Positions 63,860 through 64,000 of a stretch of 64,000 nucleotides of DNA are shown here, piece by piece. Both the position numbers and the translations under genes were made by a program. The DNA comes from Lingula anatina (taxonomy: Eukaryota; Animalia; Brachiopoda), in assembly GCA_051362555.1 (NCBI GenBank), contig CM120640.1, positions 6,014,001 through 6,078,000 of the forward strand, read 5' to 3'. Below the pieces are notes generated by a model. The model saw only the letters and a program-made list of their open reading frames with translations. It was not told the origin of the DNA and ran no database searches. Numbering within the stretch: position 1 is the stretch's first letter; the number at the start of each line of letters is the position of its first letter.

Positions 63860-64000
63860 GTAAGTAATGTGGTGGTGGTTGTGAATACATGGAAGAAAAA
63901 TCTGAAATTGGTTTGGTTTCTTATTTACTCGGTGGTTTGAGCTTATGATTTTACCGAAGACATTTCCATGAGGATTCTGAAGAATTTATGTATTGATTTA

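Overview
Eukaryotic, intron-rich, AT-rich animal DNA, most likely a lophotrochozoan and probably a mollusc (inferred from the CPD domain layout and the Helentron-associated elements). Two + strand genes sit head-to-tail. (1) The 3' part of carboxypeptidase D: 17 exons at 37-6639 encoding two catalytically degenerate M14 domains, transthyretin-like subdomains, a TM helix and an acidic cytosolic tail, with poly(A) signals at about 8423-8439. (2) An unconventional class-18 myosin (MYO18A-like; KE-rich/PDZ, SH3-like, degenerate motor, IQ, coiled coil): 36 frame-consistent exons from 12773 running off the window end, including two GC-AG introns. The introns carry HINE/pearl-type elements with internal satellite arrays, TTAA-targeting (Kolobok-like) elements and small MITEs, some nested. 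The most notable observations are candidate internal first exons predicting PDZ-less, motor-less and tail-only myosin-18 isoforms; a basic microexon flanked by RBFOX/QKI motifs in actin-binding loop 3; tandem amplification of splice sites; and a ~146-bp satellite carrying nuclear-receptor DR1/ERRE motifs. All exon calls were made by hand from splice signals and reading-frame continuity, without transcript evidence.
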